Below are positions 26,708 to 36,539 of a stretch of 64,000 nucleotides of DNA, one piece after another. The notes below the pieces were generated by a model. That model worked only from the letters and a program-made list of their open reading frames with translations. It ran no database searches and was not told the origin of the DNA. The number at the start of each line of letters is the position of its first letter. The first letter of the stretch is position 1. A program made the translations under genes and the position numbers. The DNA is from a virus: IMG/VR virus record IMGVR_UViG_3300020204_000006, one strand, 5' to 3'.

Positions 26708-28591
26708 ATGTTAAATAAAGAGCAACAAGATGCTGTTTCCCATATAGATGGACCATGCTTGGTAACTGCGTGTCCAGGAAGTGGCAAAACTAGAGTTATA
26801 GTTCACAGAGCTTGTCATATGATAAAATCTGGAATAGATCCATCTTCTATATTGATGCTTACATTTACCAATAAGGCTGCTAAGGAAATGAAGAACAGAT
26901 TGAGTGAAATGCTAGGTTCTGAGCAGTCTGAAAAAATTAGTTGCTCAACTTTTCATTCTTTGTGTGTTAAAATACTTAGAAAATATTATTCTTTATGCGG
27001 TGTGCACAAAAACTTTAATATATCGGATGAAGACGATTGCATGGTTATAGCTCAGTCTTTAGTTGATTCAAAGAAAATCAACCTTGATTCAGAAGAAATA
27101 AAATCTTTTATAAGAAAAGTTAATTCAAGCAGGGAAAATAATGATATTTCTATGGAGCGTATTTATGAATGGTTTCCAGGTGATGATATATTGTCTTCCT
27201 TAATACTTGAATATATAGATTCAATTAAAAAGTCTGGGAATATAGATTTTACAGGTATACTTCATGAAGTTTATATGCTATTAAAAAGTAACGAAGAGTG
27301 TAAAAATTTTATAAATAGCAGATTTAAATATGTCATGGTAGATGAGGTGCAAGACACAAATCTTTTACAATTTGAGCTTTTAAAGCTTATGGCATCTCAT
27401 AATAATCTTTTTATGGTTGGAGACCTAGATCAATCTATTTATAAATTTAGAGGTGCAAGACCTGAAAATATGATTAAATTTTGTGAAGAAAGAAGCGCAA
27501 AAATAATCAGATTAACTTCTAATTATAGATGTGGGCCGCATATAATAAAACTTGCTAACAGCATTATAGAAAAAAATTCAAATAGAATGAATGAAAAAAT
27601 TATTGGAGCAAAAAATAATGGCCACGAAGTTGTAAAATATATAGCTCTTACTAGAGAGGAAGAATCTGAGGCTGTTGCAAAAAGTATTAAAAATTTGTAT
27701 CATTCCGGGACTAGGTTAAATGAAATAGCAATTTTATTTAGGACTAGTTATATATCTAGGTCTTTTGAACTCAGCTGTTCTAAATTTGGAATTCCATATG
27801 ATCTTGTTGGTGCTTTTAAATTCTTTGAAAGAGAAGAAATTAGAGATACTATAAGCATGTTAAAATTTCTTAATAATCCAAATGACACTATGAGTTTATT
27901 TAGATTTGTAAATAAGCCTAAAAAGGGCATAGGTCCTAAGATGTTTGGAAAATTTTTAGAAAATTTTAAAAGTAATAACCAGGATAGAAGTGGAGATTTT
28001 TCAGGCATATATGCTCTTGTAGACTCTTTTTCTTCGTATGATAATAGAACTGTAGTTTCCGAATGCATAGATTTTGTTATAAAGGCAACTTCTTACGAAG
28101 AATATCTTAAAAAGTCTCATAAGGATACATATGAAGATAGAATGGACAACATAAGAGAGCTCAAAAACTCATGTATTAATTTTGATAATAAACCAAATGC
28201 CAATTTAAATAATTGGTTACTTAATCTAATGCTTATGGATTCTCAAGATTCTGATGATAGCAATGGATTTAAGGTTAAGCTTATGAGTATGCATGCTGCA
28301 AAGGGGCTAGAGTTTGATTGTGTATTTGCAGTTGGTCTTGAAGACGGCGTTTGTCCTCATAAGAGATCTATACAGGAAGATCCGTCCAATATTGAAGAGG
28401 AGCGCAGACTTCTTTATGTCGCTACTACAAGAGCAAAAGAAAGATTATTTTTGTCTATGAGTGCTGTTACGGATTTAAGAACAAATAATATAAGCATGCC
28501 AAGTAGATTTTTGGTAGAATCTGGATATATAAATTTAGAAAAATACTATGAGCACGTTAGCGGACTTGTCAAAAAAAATCAATCCTATTGA
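26708..28591 (+). CDS. pcrA: PcrA/UvrD superfamily 1 helicase
   Basis: LNKEQ, ACPGSGKT, TFTNKAA, TFHS, VDEVQD, VGDLDQSIY.FRGA, NYR, SMHAAKGLEFD, EERRLLYVATTRAK. Confidence 0.93.
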   Translation: MLNKEQQDAVSHIDGPCLVTACPGSGKTRVIVHRACHMIKSGIDPSSILMLTFTNKAAKEMKNRLSEMLGSEQSEKISCSTFHSLCVKILRKYYSLCGVHKNFNISDEDDCMVIAQSLVDSKKINLDSEEIKSFIRKVNSSRENNDISMERIYEWFPGDDILSSLILEYIDSIKKSGNIDFTGILHEVYMLLKSNEECKNFINSRFKYVMVDEVQDTNLLQFELLKLMASHNNLFMVGDLDQSIYKFRGARPENMIKFCEERSAKIIRLTSNYRCGPHIIKLANSIIEKNSNRMNEKIIGAKNNGHEVVKYIALTREEESEAVAKSIKNLYHSGTRLNEIAILFRTSYISRSFELSCSKFGIPYDLVGAFKFFEREEIRDTISMLKFLNNPNDTMSLFRFVNKPKKGIGPKMFGKFLENFKSNNQDRSGDFSGIYALVDSFSSYDNRTVVSECIDFVIKATSYEEYLKKSHKDTYEDRMDNIRELKNSCINFDNKPNANLNNWLLNLMLMDSQDSDDSNGFKVKLMSMHAAKGLEFDCVFAVGLEDGVCPHKRSIQEDPSNIEEERRLLYVATTRAKERLFLSMSAVTDLRTNNISMPSRFLVESGYINLEKYYEHVSGLVKKNQSY

Positions 28592-29192
28592 CATAGAAGA
28601 AGTTTTTATAATAGGTTCTGGTGTTTCGTTATGTGAATGCGATATTGCCAAATTTAAAAATAGAACATGTATTTTTATTAATAGCTCAGTAATACTAAAA
28701 GAAATATTAAAGCCCAGTATTTCTTTTTTTGTTTCTACCGATAGCCTTATTTTAAGATGGGATTACTCTTCAATTTTAGACAAATGTGATTATTTGATGC
28801 TTAGAAAGAATGAAAATTTTTATAAAAAATTTAAAGATAATGCTTATTATTTTGAGTGTGGAGACGACTATGAATCTTTATACAATCTATTTGAATCTGA
28901 TAAAATAATAGGATGTTCTTCTATAATTTCAGCAACTCATATTTTTTTGCAATTAGGGTCGAAATATATTAATATAATAGGCTTCGATCTTTCGTTAGAA
29001 GAAAATGGCTTTTTATATTTTTGGCAAAAGTGCTACAATAATATTAGGCCTTATTTCTTAGGCAATACAAATCTGATTTCAACTGATTCTGGTAATTTAG
29101 AAAAAAATTGGGACATACAGAGAAACTTTATGTCAAACATCTTGTTAAATAATAAATTTAGAATTAATATTAATGGAAAATTTAATAAATAA
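28548..29192 (+). CDS. GT42/Maf/DUF115-like putative nonulosonate transferase (paralog 1)
   Basis: [46 protein letters not shown]. Confidence 0.6.
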   Translation: MSTLADLSKKINPIDIEEVFIIGSGVSLCECDIAKFKNRTCIFINSSVILKEILKPSISFFVSTDSLILRWDYSSILDKCDYLMLRKNENFYKKFKDNAYYFECGDDYESLYNLFESDKIIGCSSIISATHIFLQLGSKYINIIGFDLSLEENGFLYFWQKCYNNIRPYFLGNTNLISTDSGNLEKNWDIQRNFMSNILLNNKFRININGKFNK

Positions 29193-29919
29193 TTTAAATT
29201 ATTTTAATAATAATCATATAGATAAGATGGGTTTTTTAATAGGCAGTGGACCATCGCTAAAAGATGTTGACTTTAATCTTATATCCCCTTATGTGTCTAT
29301 GACTGTAAATTCAAGTATAATAGCTATGCCAGAGTGTGACTATTTTGTTAGTGACGATGATGACATATGCAATTGGACATACTTTAATTATGAGCTTCCA
29401 AGATCAAATTGCACTAAATTTCTTTTTAGGAAAAAATTTATTGGAAAATCCAATAATTTTAAAAAGCATCAAACGGTTTATTTTGATCACGACTGGTACT
29501 ACGCTCCCGAGCTTAAAAAGTTTAATTTGCCTGGTCTGAAAATGCACAAAAACCCTGTTAGACCGCTTATAGGAGCCAGGACAAGTTCTGCCACAGGTCT
29601 ACATATACTTTATCTTATGGGCTGCAATCCTATAGTTATGCTTGGCATGGATGGCAAATGTACTGATGATAAATGCTATTTTTGGGAATTTTCTGGTAAT
29701 GGTAGAAAAAAACCTGTTAGACTTGAGGGTAGACCAAAAAGCACTGCTTATCATAAGCATTCTTGTAGCGATATTATTTCTTACTGGAGGCTTTTTAAGC
29801 AAGTAAATTCTTCTTTAAATACTAAAATAATAGATTGCTCTTTTGGTAGTTTGGCTGGAATATTTGAACAGGAAAAACTAGAAAATGTTTTGTCTAAATA
29901 TGGGGTCAGAAAAAAATGA
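29173..29919 (+). CDS. GT42/Maf/DUF115-like putative nonulosonate transferase (paralog 2)
   Basis: [51 protein letters not shown]; resembles CstII motifs GNGPSL, TSG...LGY..IYLSGID, HSKNTDI. Confidence 0.68.
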   Translation: MENLINNLNYFNNNHIDKMGFLIGSGPSLKDVDFNLISPYVSMTVNSSIIAMPECDYFVSDDDDICNWTYFNYELPRSNCTKFLFRKKFIGKSNNFKKHQTVYFDHDWYYAPELKKFNLPGLKMHKNPVRPLIGARTSSATGLHILYLMGCNPIVMLGMDGKCTDDKCYFWEFSGNGRKKPVRLEGRPKSTAYHKHSCSDIISYWRLFKQVNSSLNTKIIDCSFGSLAGIFEQEKLENVLSKYGVRKK

Positions 29920-30647
29920 TATATGAAAAATGTTTTTTTATTCCAGCAAGATCTGGATCAAAAGGTTTAGTTAATAAAAATATTTCTATGTTGAACAACA
30001 AAATGCTTTTTGAATGGTCTTTTTTGGCGGCTAATTCTATCCTGGGAGAAAAAGACTGCATTATTATATCAACAAACTGTAATGTTATAAAGAATTGGTT
30101 TTATAGTAATTGTAATAAATTTAAAAATGTATATTTGAGAGATAGGCCGATTGATCTCTGTGGCGACAGAAGTTCAACAGAAAGTGCCTTAGTAGATTCT
30201 TTGGAGTACATGAAACTAAGCAATAATGATATAGAAAATTTTATACTTTTGCAGCCTACTAGTCCATTTAGACTTGATGATATTATTAGTAAATGTTTAA
30301 ATTATTTTTATGATAATGGTAAAAAAAGATCTGTTTTTACCGGATCCAAACATACTCCTTTTTTATGGAAGAATTGCGACGGGTTTTTTTCTCCAATTTA
30401 TAAAATAGGTGACAGAAAAATGAGACAAGATATTAGAAATGAAGATTTTTATTATCATGAAGACGGTAATGTATATGTATTTTCTGCCGATAATTTATTA
30501 TATAAAAATAATAGACTTACAGATGAATGTTTAGTGGTTGAAAATTCTTTTATAAATTCAATTCAAATAGATAGTATTGACGATTTTAATATGTGTGTTA
30601 ATATAGCAAAAGAAGAAAGAGTTTTATCTTGGATGAATGCCCTGTAA
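29916..30647 (+). CDS. neuA: CMP-nonulosonate synthetase (NeuA family cytidylyltransferase)
   Basis: [46 protein letters not shown]. Confidence 0.9.
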   Translation: MIYEKCFFIPARSGSKGLVNKNISMLNNKMLFEWSFLAANSILGEKDCIIISTNCNVIKNWFYSNCNKFKNVYLRDRPIDLCGDRSSTESALVDSLEYMKLSNNDIENFILLQPTSPFRLDDIISKCLNYFYDNGKKRSVFTGSKHTPFLWKNCDGFFSPIYKIGDRKMRQDIRNEDFYYHEDGNVYVFSADNLLYKNNRLTDECLVVENSFINSIQIDSIDDFNMCVNIAKEERVLSWMNAL

Positions 30648-31471
30648 AATTAGTAGCTGAAATAGGTTGTGTTCACGGCGGTTCTGAAGAAAGAGCAATT
30701 ATGCTATGCGAACTTGCTTGCTCTTGTGGCGCTGATGTCATAAAGTCTCAAAAAAGGAATCCAGAAGAAAGTATTTCTCCGTTAATGAAAAATAGTCCTC
30801 ATCCTAATTCTTTTTATTCATATGGTTCAACTTATTTAGAACACAGAAAAAACTTAGAATTAGACATATCTTCTCACATAAAAATGAAAAATATTTGCCA
30901 AAATATGGGCAAGGAGTATGCTTGCAGTGTATGGGACGTAACTAGCGCAAAAGAAATTATATCAATACATCCAGATTATATAAAAATTCCAAGTGCTTGT
31001 AATTTAAATTTCGAACTTATAGATTTTGTCTTATCTAATTTTAATAGAAGTGTGCATATAAGTCTCGGTATGCTTTCTTTTATGGACAGAGAAATTCTTT
31101 TTGACAGATACTTTTGCGAAAAAAAGATTGTATATTACCACTGCACTTCCGAGTATCCTTGTAAATTTGATAATTTATATTTAAATGAAATTAAATACTT
31201 GAAAGAAAGATTTAGATCACATGTTGGTTTTTCAAACCATGGATATGGTATAGCATCAGATATGGTAGCTATGGCTTTTGGTGCTAGTTTTATAGAGCGA
31301 CATTTTGTTGACGACAGGACATTTAGGCATACTGATGCTGCTGCTAGTATTGAGCCAAATGGTTTAAGACAGCTAAAAAGAGACATTGTTAACGTGTATT
31401 CTGGCTTTAAATATAGGCCATATTTGATATCCGAAGAAGAGCATAATCAATCTATAAAAATGAGGTATTAA
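30629..31471 (+). CDS. neuB: NeuB-family nonulosonate(-9-phosphate) synthase lacking the C-terminal AFP-like domain
   Basis: VAEIG..HGG, GADVIKSQKR, SVWD, IKIPSA, ISLGM, HCTSEYP, GFSNH, IERHF, DAAASIEP; only 280 aa. Confidence 0.88.
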   Translation: MDECPVKLVAEIGCVHGGSEERAIMLCELACSCGADVIKSQKRNPEESISPLMKNSPHPNSFYSYGSTYLEHRKNLELDISSHIKMKNICQNMGKEYACSVWDVTSAKEIISIHPDYIKIPSACNLNFELIDFVLSNFNRSVHISLGMLSFMDREILFDRYFCEKKIVYYHCTSEYPCKFDNLYLNEIKYLKERFRSHVGFSNHGYGIASDMVAMAFGASFIERHFVDDRTFRHTDAAASIEPNGLRQLKRDIVNVYSGFKYRPYLISEEEHNQSIKMRY

Positions 31472-31950
31472 TGTTTAGCTATATATTTTGTGATGTAGAT
31501 GGAGTTCTTACTGATGGTGGATATTTAATTGATCATCAAGGTAATATATCTAAATCTTTTCATACTAGAGACATGCATATGCTTTCTTTGTTGTCCCAAA
31601 AGGGCTATAAAGTTTTTTGTATAACCGGTTCTAATGATGAATGTACATTAAAAAAAATGGAAATAATGAACATACAATTAATTCAAAACTGTTCCGACAA
31701 AAAAACATACATACAAAATATGTTTATTGAAAAATTTTCTTGCAGTTGGGATGAAATTCTTTTTATAGGTGACGGTATTAATGACATAGAATGTTTAAAA
31801 AATTCTAGATATAAAGCCTGTCCTTCAGATTCAAGTCCATTTGTTTTAGATATAGATGGTATTTTTATTAGTAAAATTGAAGGTGGTAGTGGTTGCGTAG
31901 AAGATATAGTTTATAATTTATTTTTAAAAAATGGCAATAGAATTACATGA
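31471..31950 (+). CDS. KdsC-family (C0) HAD phosphatase, probable KDN/Neu5Ac-9-phosphate phosphatase
   Basis: DVDGVLTDG, F..RD, ITG, K, FIGDGINDI, CPSDS, GGSGCV. Confidence 0.85.
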   Translation: MFSYIFCDVDGVLTDGGYLIDHQGNISKSFHTRDMHMLSLLSQKGYKVFCITGSNDECTLKKMEIMNIQLIQNCSDKKTYIQNMFIEKFSCSWDEILFIGDGINDIECLKNSRYKACPSDSSPFVLDIDGIFISKIEGGSGCVEDIVYNLFLKNGNRIT

Positions 31951-34031
31951 TTAACTTATATCATATAATAGATAAAACATTTAACAGTGGAGCTTATAGC
32001 CAGCTTAAGTACCTATACAATGCTCTTAAATATTTTTATTCCGATAGAGTAAATCAAAAAATATTGCTAATTGATATTACGCAAAAACATAAAATTGATA
32101 AGTCTTTTGATCTGCCTTACTCTGTGTATAATTTTAAAAAACTTCAATCTTTAGATAAAAACAATAGTCTTTTTTTGTACCACAAATTAATGTGTTCCCC
32201 TGTTGTTAAAATGGTTTCTTCTCTGAAGCCAATTAGAATTCCAATATTAGTTCTTAATCACACTTACAGTGTAAATGACAAATTTATGAATGTTGGTAAT
32301 CCTGATGCTTGTATATCCGTTAGCTCTCATATGTCTGAAAAAATTTCTTCGTGTTCTTCTGTCAAAAAAATATTTACTATAAAAAATTGGTGCGACATAC
32401 AGTATATCAATTCGTTACCCGTTGTTGGTGTTGATTTACCAAAAGAAGAATTGGTTTTTGGAAGAATAAATGGATTTAATGACATCAAATATAGTAAGGT
32501 TTTTATGAAATGGTTTTTAAAAGCAGATTTTGGCAAAAAAGCTATACTGCAGTATGTGGGATCTGGTCATAAATTAAAAGATGCTAAAGATTTGGTTGAC
32601 AAGCTAAAAAATGAATCAATAAATACCATTGAATTTTTAGGTCAAGTAAATGACGATGCAAAAAAGTTTTCTTTAATAAAATCATGGGATGCTTTTTTAT
32701 ATCATATAAATATGCCTGAGGGCACTAGTATGAGTGTTGTTGAAAGTTTAGTTTGCGGTACTCCAGTAATATGTAATTTACCAGGTAATACAGAATTAAT
32801 TAAAAATAATATAAATGGAATTGTTTACAAAGATTTTTCTGCAATAGAATCTTTTGTAAAAGATCATGGAAAAATTGGTTTAAAATCTTTAAAAGAGAAG
32901 TGCGCATTAGACTCAAATTCTTATTCTGCAAAGCATTGGGTTTCTAATTATATAAATGCATTTGAAGAATGTATTTCTGTTAGCAAGTATTTTAATTGTA
33001 ATTCTGACATACCCAATAGAAATAAGTCTTCAAATGTATTTGTATCAAAAGATAAAAATTCTGTAAAAAATTCAAATAATCAGATTAGTTTAAATAGAGA
33101 TAAAAAAATCAAATCAATTAAGGTTCATAGTCCAATTAGAACAAATAAATTTAATTTTCCACTTAAAAAAACTGTAGAAAATAAAAATTTATTTGCCATG
33201 GACAAACCAAGAGTTGTAACAAGACTTAAAAATAATAGTATAAAAAATCCACAAAACAAATATGCAAATTTGGTAAATCAGGGGAAATTTTCTATATTAA
33301 CAGCCAGCTACAATAATGAAAAATATCTTGATTTTTATTTTAACACTATTATTAAGCAGTCATATCGTCCTTTAGAAGTAATTTTTATTGATGACCAAAG
33401 TAAAGACAATACTTCTGGTAAAGTTTTGGAATGGGAAAAAAAGCTTCAAGATAATGGAATAGATCTGGTGTACAACAAGCCTAAACAAAAACTTTACTGT
33501 GGAGATTCTTATAATTTGGCATTAAGTCTAGCTAGTGGAGATTTTTGCGGAGTTATTGACTCTGATGATGGCATCATAGACAATGCTGTATCTATGATGG
33601 TTGAGAGATACATTTTAAAACCCAATTGTCTTTACATTTGGTCTAATTTTTATGTTTGCGATGAAAGTATGAAAATAATAAAAAATGGCTTTAGTTCTCA
33701 CCCTGCATTTAATAGAAGCTTGCTGTTAAGCGAGTATTATACAAGAAAAAGACATTGTTTTTCCCACTGGAGAACATTTAGAAAAAATTCAGATATACCG
33801 GATAATCTTTTTGGTAAAAATTTAAAAAGTAGTGTTGATAAGTATATGGGGTATAGACTTGAGGAGTGTGGGATAGGACACTTTTTTGATTCTATGCTTT
33901 ATCTGTACAGATCTGGAGTTAAGCATGGTATAACCGCTAATCAGCCACAAAGAAGTCAGTGGGGAGAAATAAGGAAAGATGCACAAAAAAGAAGAAGAAT
34001 TAATAGGTTTTTTTCTCATGGCTTTTCTTAA
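31947..34031 (+). CDS. Bifunctional GT4 + GT2 glycosyltransferase fusion
   Basis: N-half: SGAYSQ, FGRI, EGTSMSVVESLVCGTPVI. Asn/Lys-rich linker. C-half: SILTASYN, IFIDDQSKD, IDSDD. Confidence 0.85.
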   Translation: MINLYHIIDKTFNSGAYSQLKYLYNALKYFYSDRVNQKILLIDITQKHKIDKSFDLPYSVYNFKKLQSLDKNNSLFLYHKLMCSPVVKMVSSLKPIRIPILVLNHTYSVNDKFMNVGNPDACISVSSHMSEKISSCSSVKKIFTIKNWCDIQYINSLPVVGVDLPKEELVFGRINGFNDIKYSKVFMKWFLKADFGKKAILQYVGSGHKLKDAKDLVDKLKNESINTIEFLGQVNDDAKKFSLIKSWDAFLYHINMPEGTSMSVVESLVCGTPVICNLPGNTELIKNNINGIVYKDFSAIESFVKDHGKIGLKSLKEKCALDSNSYSAKHWVSNYINAFEECISVSKYFNCNSDIPNRNKSSNVFVSKDKNSVKNSNNQISLNRDKKIKSIKVHSPIRTNKFNFPLKKTVENKNLFAMDKPRVVTRLKNNSIKNPQNKYANLVNQGKFSILTASYNNEKYLDFYFNTIIKQSYRPLEVIFIDDQSKDNTSGKVLEWEKKLQDNGIDLVYNKPKQKLYCGDSYNLALSLASGDFCGVIDSDDGIIDNAVSMMVERYILKPNCLYIWSNFYVCDESMKIIKNGFSSHPAFNRSLLLSEYYTRKRHCFSHWRTFRKNSDIPDNLFGKNLKSSVDKYMGYRLEECGIGHFFDSMLYLYRSGVKHGITANQPQRSQWGEIRKDAQKRRRINRFFSHGFS

Positions 34032-34049
34032 TATTCTAAAAATTTCAAT

Positions 34050-34078
34050 TTAACATTTTTTAATTTACGATATATTAT
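34050..34078 (+). promoter_or_regulatory. Possible sigma70-type promoter
   Basis: TTAACA-N17-TATTAT in one of the few ~50-nt intergenic gaps. AT-rich background makes chance matches likely, and the -10 box lies very close to the ATG. Confidence 0.2.
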
Positions 34079-34080
34079 AT

Positions 34081-34374
34081 ATGGGAAGAAAAAGTAAAAT
34101 AAAAAAAGTTAGATTTAAAAAATCAATAATAGACGTTACTGAAGTTTTAAAATATGTGAGTTATACTCAGCTTACTGGTAGCATAACAAAATTTTATATA
34201 GATAAAAAAGATGACGTTGTTGTAAAAAACATAATACAGGATGCTTTTGTTGATTTTATAAGAGTAGAATTTAAAAATAATGTAAGATATACAATTAGAC
34301 CTCATAAGAAAGACGATAAAAACGTGATACCTGATACGCTTTCTGATTTTTTTAACCTTTTTAAAACGGAGTAA
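34081..34374 (+). CDS. Hypothetical protein
   Basis: 97-aa ORF, basic N-terminus. Confidence 0.5.
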   Translation: MGRKSKIKKVRFKKSIIDVTEVLKYVSYTQLTGSITKFYIDKKDDVVVKNIIQDAFVDFIRVEFKNNVRYTIRPHKKDDKNVIPDTLSDFFNLFKTE

Positions 34375-34376
34375 AC

Positions 34377-34667
34377 ATGTACTGGAAATTAGATACCTTT
34401 GTAAGTAATGCTGGAGTTAAAGTTGAAGTTTTAAAGTCTGCAGATGAATCATTTAACTTGCCAACAAAATTTGTTGGAGTCGCTCACATGATGAGCGAAT
34501 ATGGTATAAGTGATGTTAGATTTGAAATACCTGCAATTTCAGTAGAAGAGGCTTTTGAAAAATATGATGAATATCTCAAGATATTTAGTGACAATATGAA
34601 AAAGCAGATGGAAGAAAGACAATCAAAAATAGAAATTCCAAAGCCAGAGTTGGTAGTACCACAATAA
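34377..34667 (+). CDS. Hypothetical protein
   Basis: 96-aa ORF preceded by GGAG. Confidence 0.55.
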   Translation: MYWKLDTFVSNAGVKVEVLKSADESFNLPTKFVGVAHMMSEYGISDVRFEIPAISVEEAFEKYDEYLKIFSDNMKKQMEERQSKIEIPKPELVVPQ

Positions 34668-34677
34668 GAATTATTTG

Positions 34678-35337
34678 ATGAAAATAGGCGTTGTAACAGA
34701 TTGTTTTGAAAATTTGCCAAGCATTGATGAAAGCTTTGATGTTTTCATAGTGCTTGGTAATTTTTTACCTATTTATGATACAAGACTGGTTACATGGAAC
34801 ATAGTAAATCAAGTTGATTATATTGATAATTTATTTAATCCATGGCTTAATAAAATAAAATCTGACTATAAAATAATACTTGGTGGCAAAAATGACCACT
34901 TGGCTCAATTCTATGGATCTCAAACCAGTTTTTATCTTGCTGGAGATTATTTGCAAGATGAAATTATGACAATAAAAGGTATTAATTTTTATGGTATGCC
35001 ATGGATGCCTTCTCATTACTACGACAGAGAACTATCTATCGCGTTTAGAAGCAGAGAAGGCAATTTTTTTAACTTAGCCGTAGAGTCAATTCACGAAAAC
35101 GTTGATATATTATTGACAAATGTTCCGCCAAAATTAAATTTTACATCAGACAATCACAAATTTGACGGTGACATTTTTCTTTCTAAAAAAATAGACAGTT
35201 TAAAAAAAATAAAATTTCATTTATTTTCTATGTGTACCGATGTTGATGAGAATATTGAAAAAACGATAAAGCATGCATCGTTGTGCTGTTCTAAATCAGC
35301 ACTTTCTTCTCGCAATTTTTTAAGTTTTGAGGTTTAG
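34678..35337 (+). CDS. Degenerate calcineurin-like phosphoesterase (probable pseudoenzyme)
   Basis: Fold pattern MKIGVVTD, VLGNF, GGKND, YLQDE...I.GINFYGMPW.P, VDILLTNVPP, but the metal-binding His/Asp residues are replaced. Confidence 0.6.
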   Translation: MKIGVVTDCFENLPSIDESFDVFIVLGNFLPIYDTRLVTWNIVNQVDYIDNLFNPWLNKIKSDYKIILGGKNDHLAQFYGSQTSFYLAGDYLQDEIMTIKGINFYGMPWMPSHYYDRELSIAFRSREGNFFNLAVESIHENVDILLTNVPPKLNFTSDNHKFDGDIFLSKKIDSLKKIKFHLFSMCTDVDENIEKTIKHASLCCSKSALSSRNFLSFEV

Positions 35338-35341
35338 CAAT

Positions 35342-35671
35342 ATGAGACCAGATGAGTTAGCAAGATTTATTTGTGGTGATTTTGAAAAGATTTCATCAAA
35401 AGATGAAAAAGACGGCTTTGCAGGTATAGTAATAGCAAAGAATTTTTTAGATGGTAAAAACATAGACGAGCATTATTTTTCAAAGTCCACGAAGATACCG
35501 CTTGAATATTTTGGAAGGGCCTTGGAGAGACTTGACAGGTCCGGTTTATTTCTTCACTATTCTTGGTTCTGCAATAATGCTGGTTCTTTAAAGAAAGATC
35601 CAGCAAAAAATTATGATTGCATGATTGATTGGTGCTACGTTGCTGCTAAGGCAAGTGGATTTACAATATAA
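35342..35671 (+). CDS. Hypothetical protein
   Basis: 109-aa ORF from ATG 35342. Confidence 0.5.
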   Translation: MRPDELARFICGDFEKISSKDEKDGFAGIVIAKNFLDGKNIDEHYFSKSTKIPLEYFGRALERLDRSGLFLHYSWFCNNAGSLKKDPAKNYDCMIDWCYVAAKASGFTI

Positions 35672-35672
35672 T

Positions 35673-36173
35673 ATGAGCAAGAAATCAATTAATTCTGTTA
35701 TTCCATTTTTGGAAAATATCGTTGATCACAGTCTTAATCAAGATAGAATCAAAAAAATGTTGACAGAGGAGACTGGAGTCGGATCAAAAGATTTGCCGCC
35801 AGAGGCAGAAATTTTTGTATCTGCATGGATTGATTCTATGATGCATGGGATATATGACAATAAAGAAAAATTCAAAAATGATTTTATTGTTGACTATGTA
35901 CTATGTGTCATGAAATATTTTGAATCAATTCAGTCAAAATCTTCTTTAGAAAATTTTGATGAGCATTTTGAATCTTTGATGTCAAACCCTCTTTTTAGAG
36001 AAATTATGAAGGATAAGAGTTTTGTTGAATCTTTAATGAAAGTGAAGGAAGAGCATGTTTCAAAAATTTTGGAGCTACTTAAGTCAGAAGAAAATATGGA
36101 ACATTTCAAGAAAAACATCTCAAAAATCATGCCAGGATTTAGATTTGTCGATAAAGACATGTTCGGCTTATAA
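35673..36173 (+). CDS. Hypothetical helical protein
   Basis: ATG 35673 two bases after upstream stop. Confidence 0.55.
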   Translation: MSKKSINSVIPFLENIVDHSLNQDRIKKMLTEETGVGSKDLPPEAEIFVSAWIDSMMHGIYDNKEKFKNDFIVDYVLCVMKYFESIQSKSSLENFDEHFESLMSNPLFREIMKDKSFVESLMKVKEEHVSKILELLKSEENMEHFKKNISKIMPGFRFVDKDMFGL

Positions 36174-36180
36174 ACACAAA

Positions 36181-36186
36181 AAGGAG
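36181..36186 (+). promoter_or_regulatory. Strong Shine-Dalgarno site
   Basis: AAGGAG 9 nt upstream of ATG 36196. Confidence 0.6.
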
Positions 36187-36195
36187 ATAAAGCAA

Positions 36196-36477
36196 ATGAA
36201 CGTACTAAAGAGAATCGTTTCAACCAAGCGCCACACAGTTGGCTATATCGTTTCAGGCATGGGTAGAGTAAGTAGGACAAACGCAGTGCAACTTGCACGT
36301 CGTTCCAAGCTCCGTGGTGTTAGGGTCATGAATGGACCTAGCGGTGCTTACCTCGTCAGTGAGACTGGTCGATCACTTTACAATCTTCCAGTCGTTGTTG
36401 ATCGTGATGCTATCAGATCTGATAGTCCAAAGTCACGCAGGAACAATCGTCGTCAGACTGCAACAAGAAGTCGCTGA
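36196..36477 (+). CDS. Small Arg-rich protein, DUF3892-like
   Basis: 93 aa; G.VSRTNAVQLA...L.GV.V...G.YL.S...LYNLP resembles DUF3892. GC is 48-55% in two counted 60-nt lines vs 22% in the next gene. Confidence 0.55.
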   Translation: MNVLKRIVSTKRHTVGYIVSGMGRVSRTNAVQLARRSKLRGVRVMNGPSGAYLVSETGRSLYNLPVVVDRDAIRSDSPKSRRNNRRQTATRSR

Positions 36478-36499
36478 AATATTCAGCCGAACATTAACC

Positions 36500-36536
36500 G
36501 ATAAACAAGGAGACAAGTCTCCTTGTTTATCTTTTT
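36500..36536 (+). terminator. Rho-independent terminator
   Basis: Perfect 15-nt inverted repeat GATAAACAAGGAGAC-aa-GTCTCCTTGTTTATC followed by TTTTT, 22 nt after the stop. Confidence 0.85.
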
Positions 36537-36539
36537 ATT

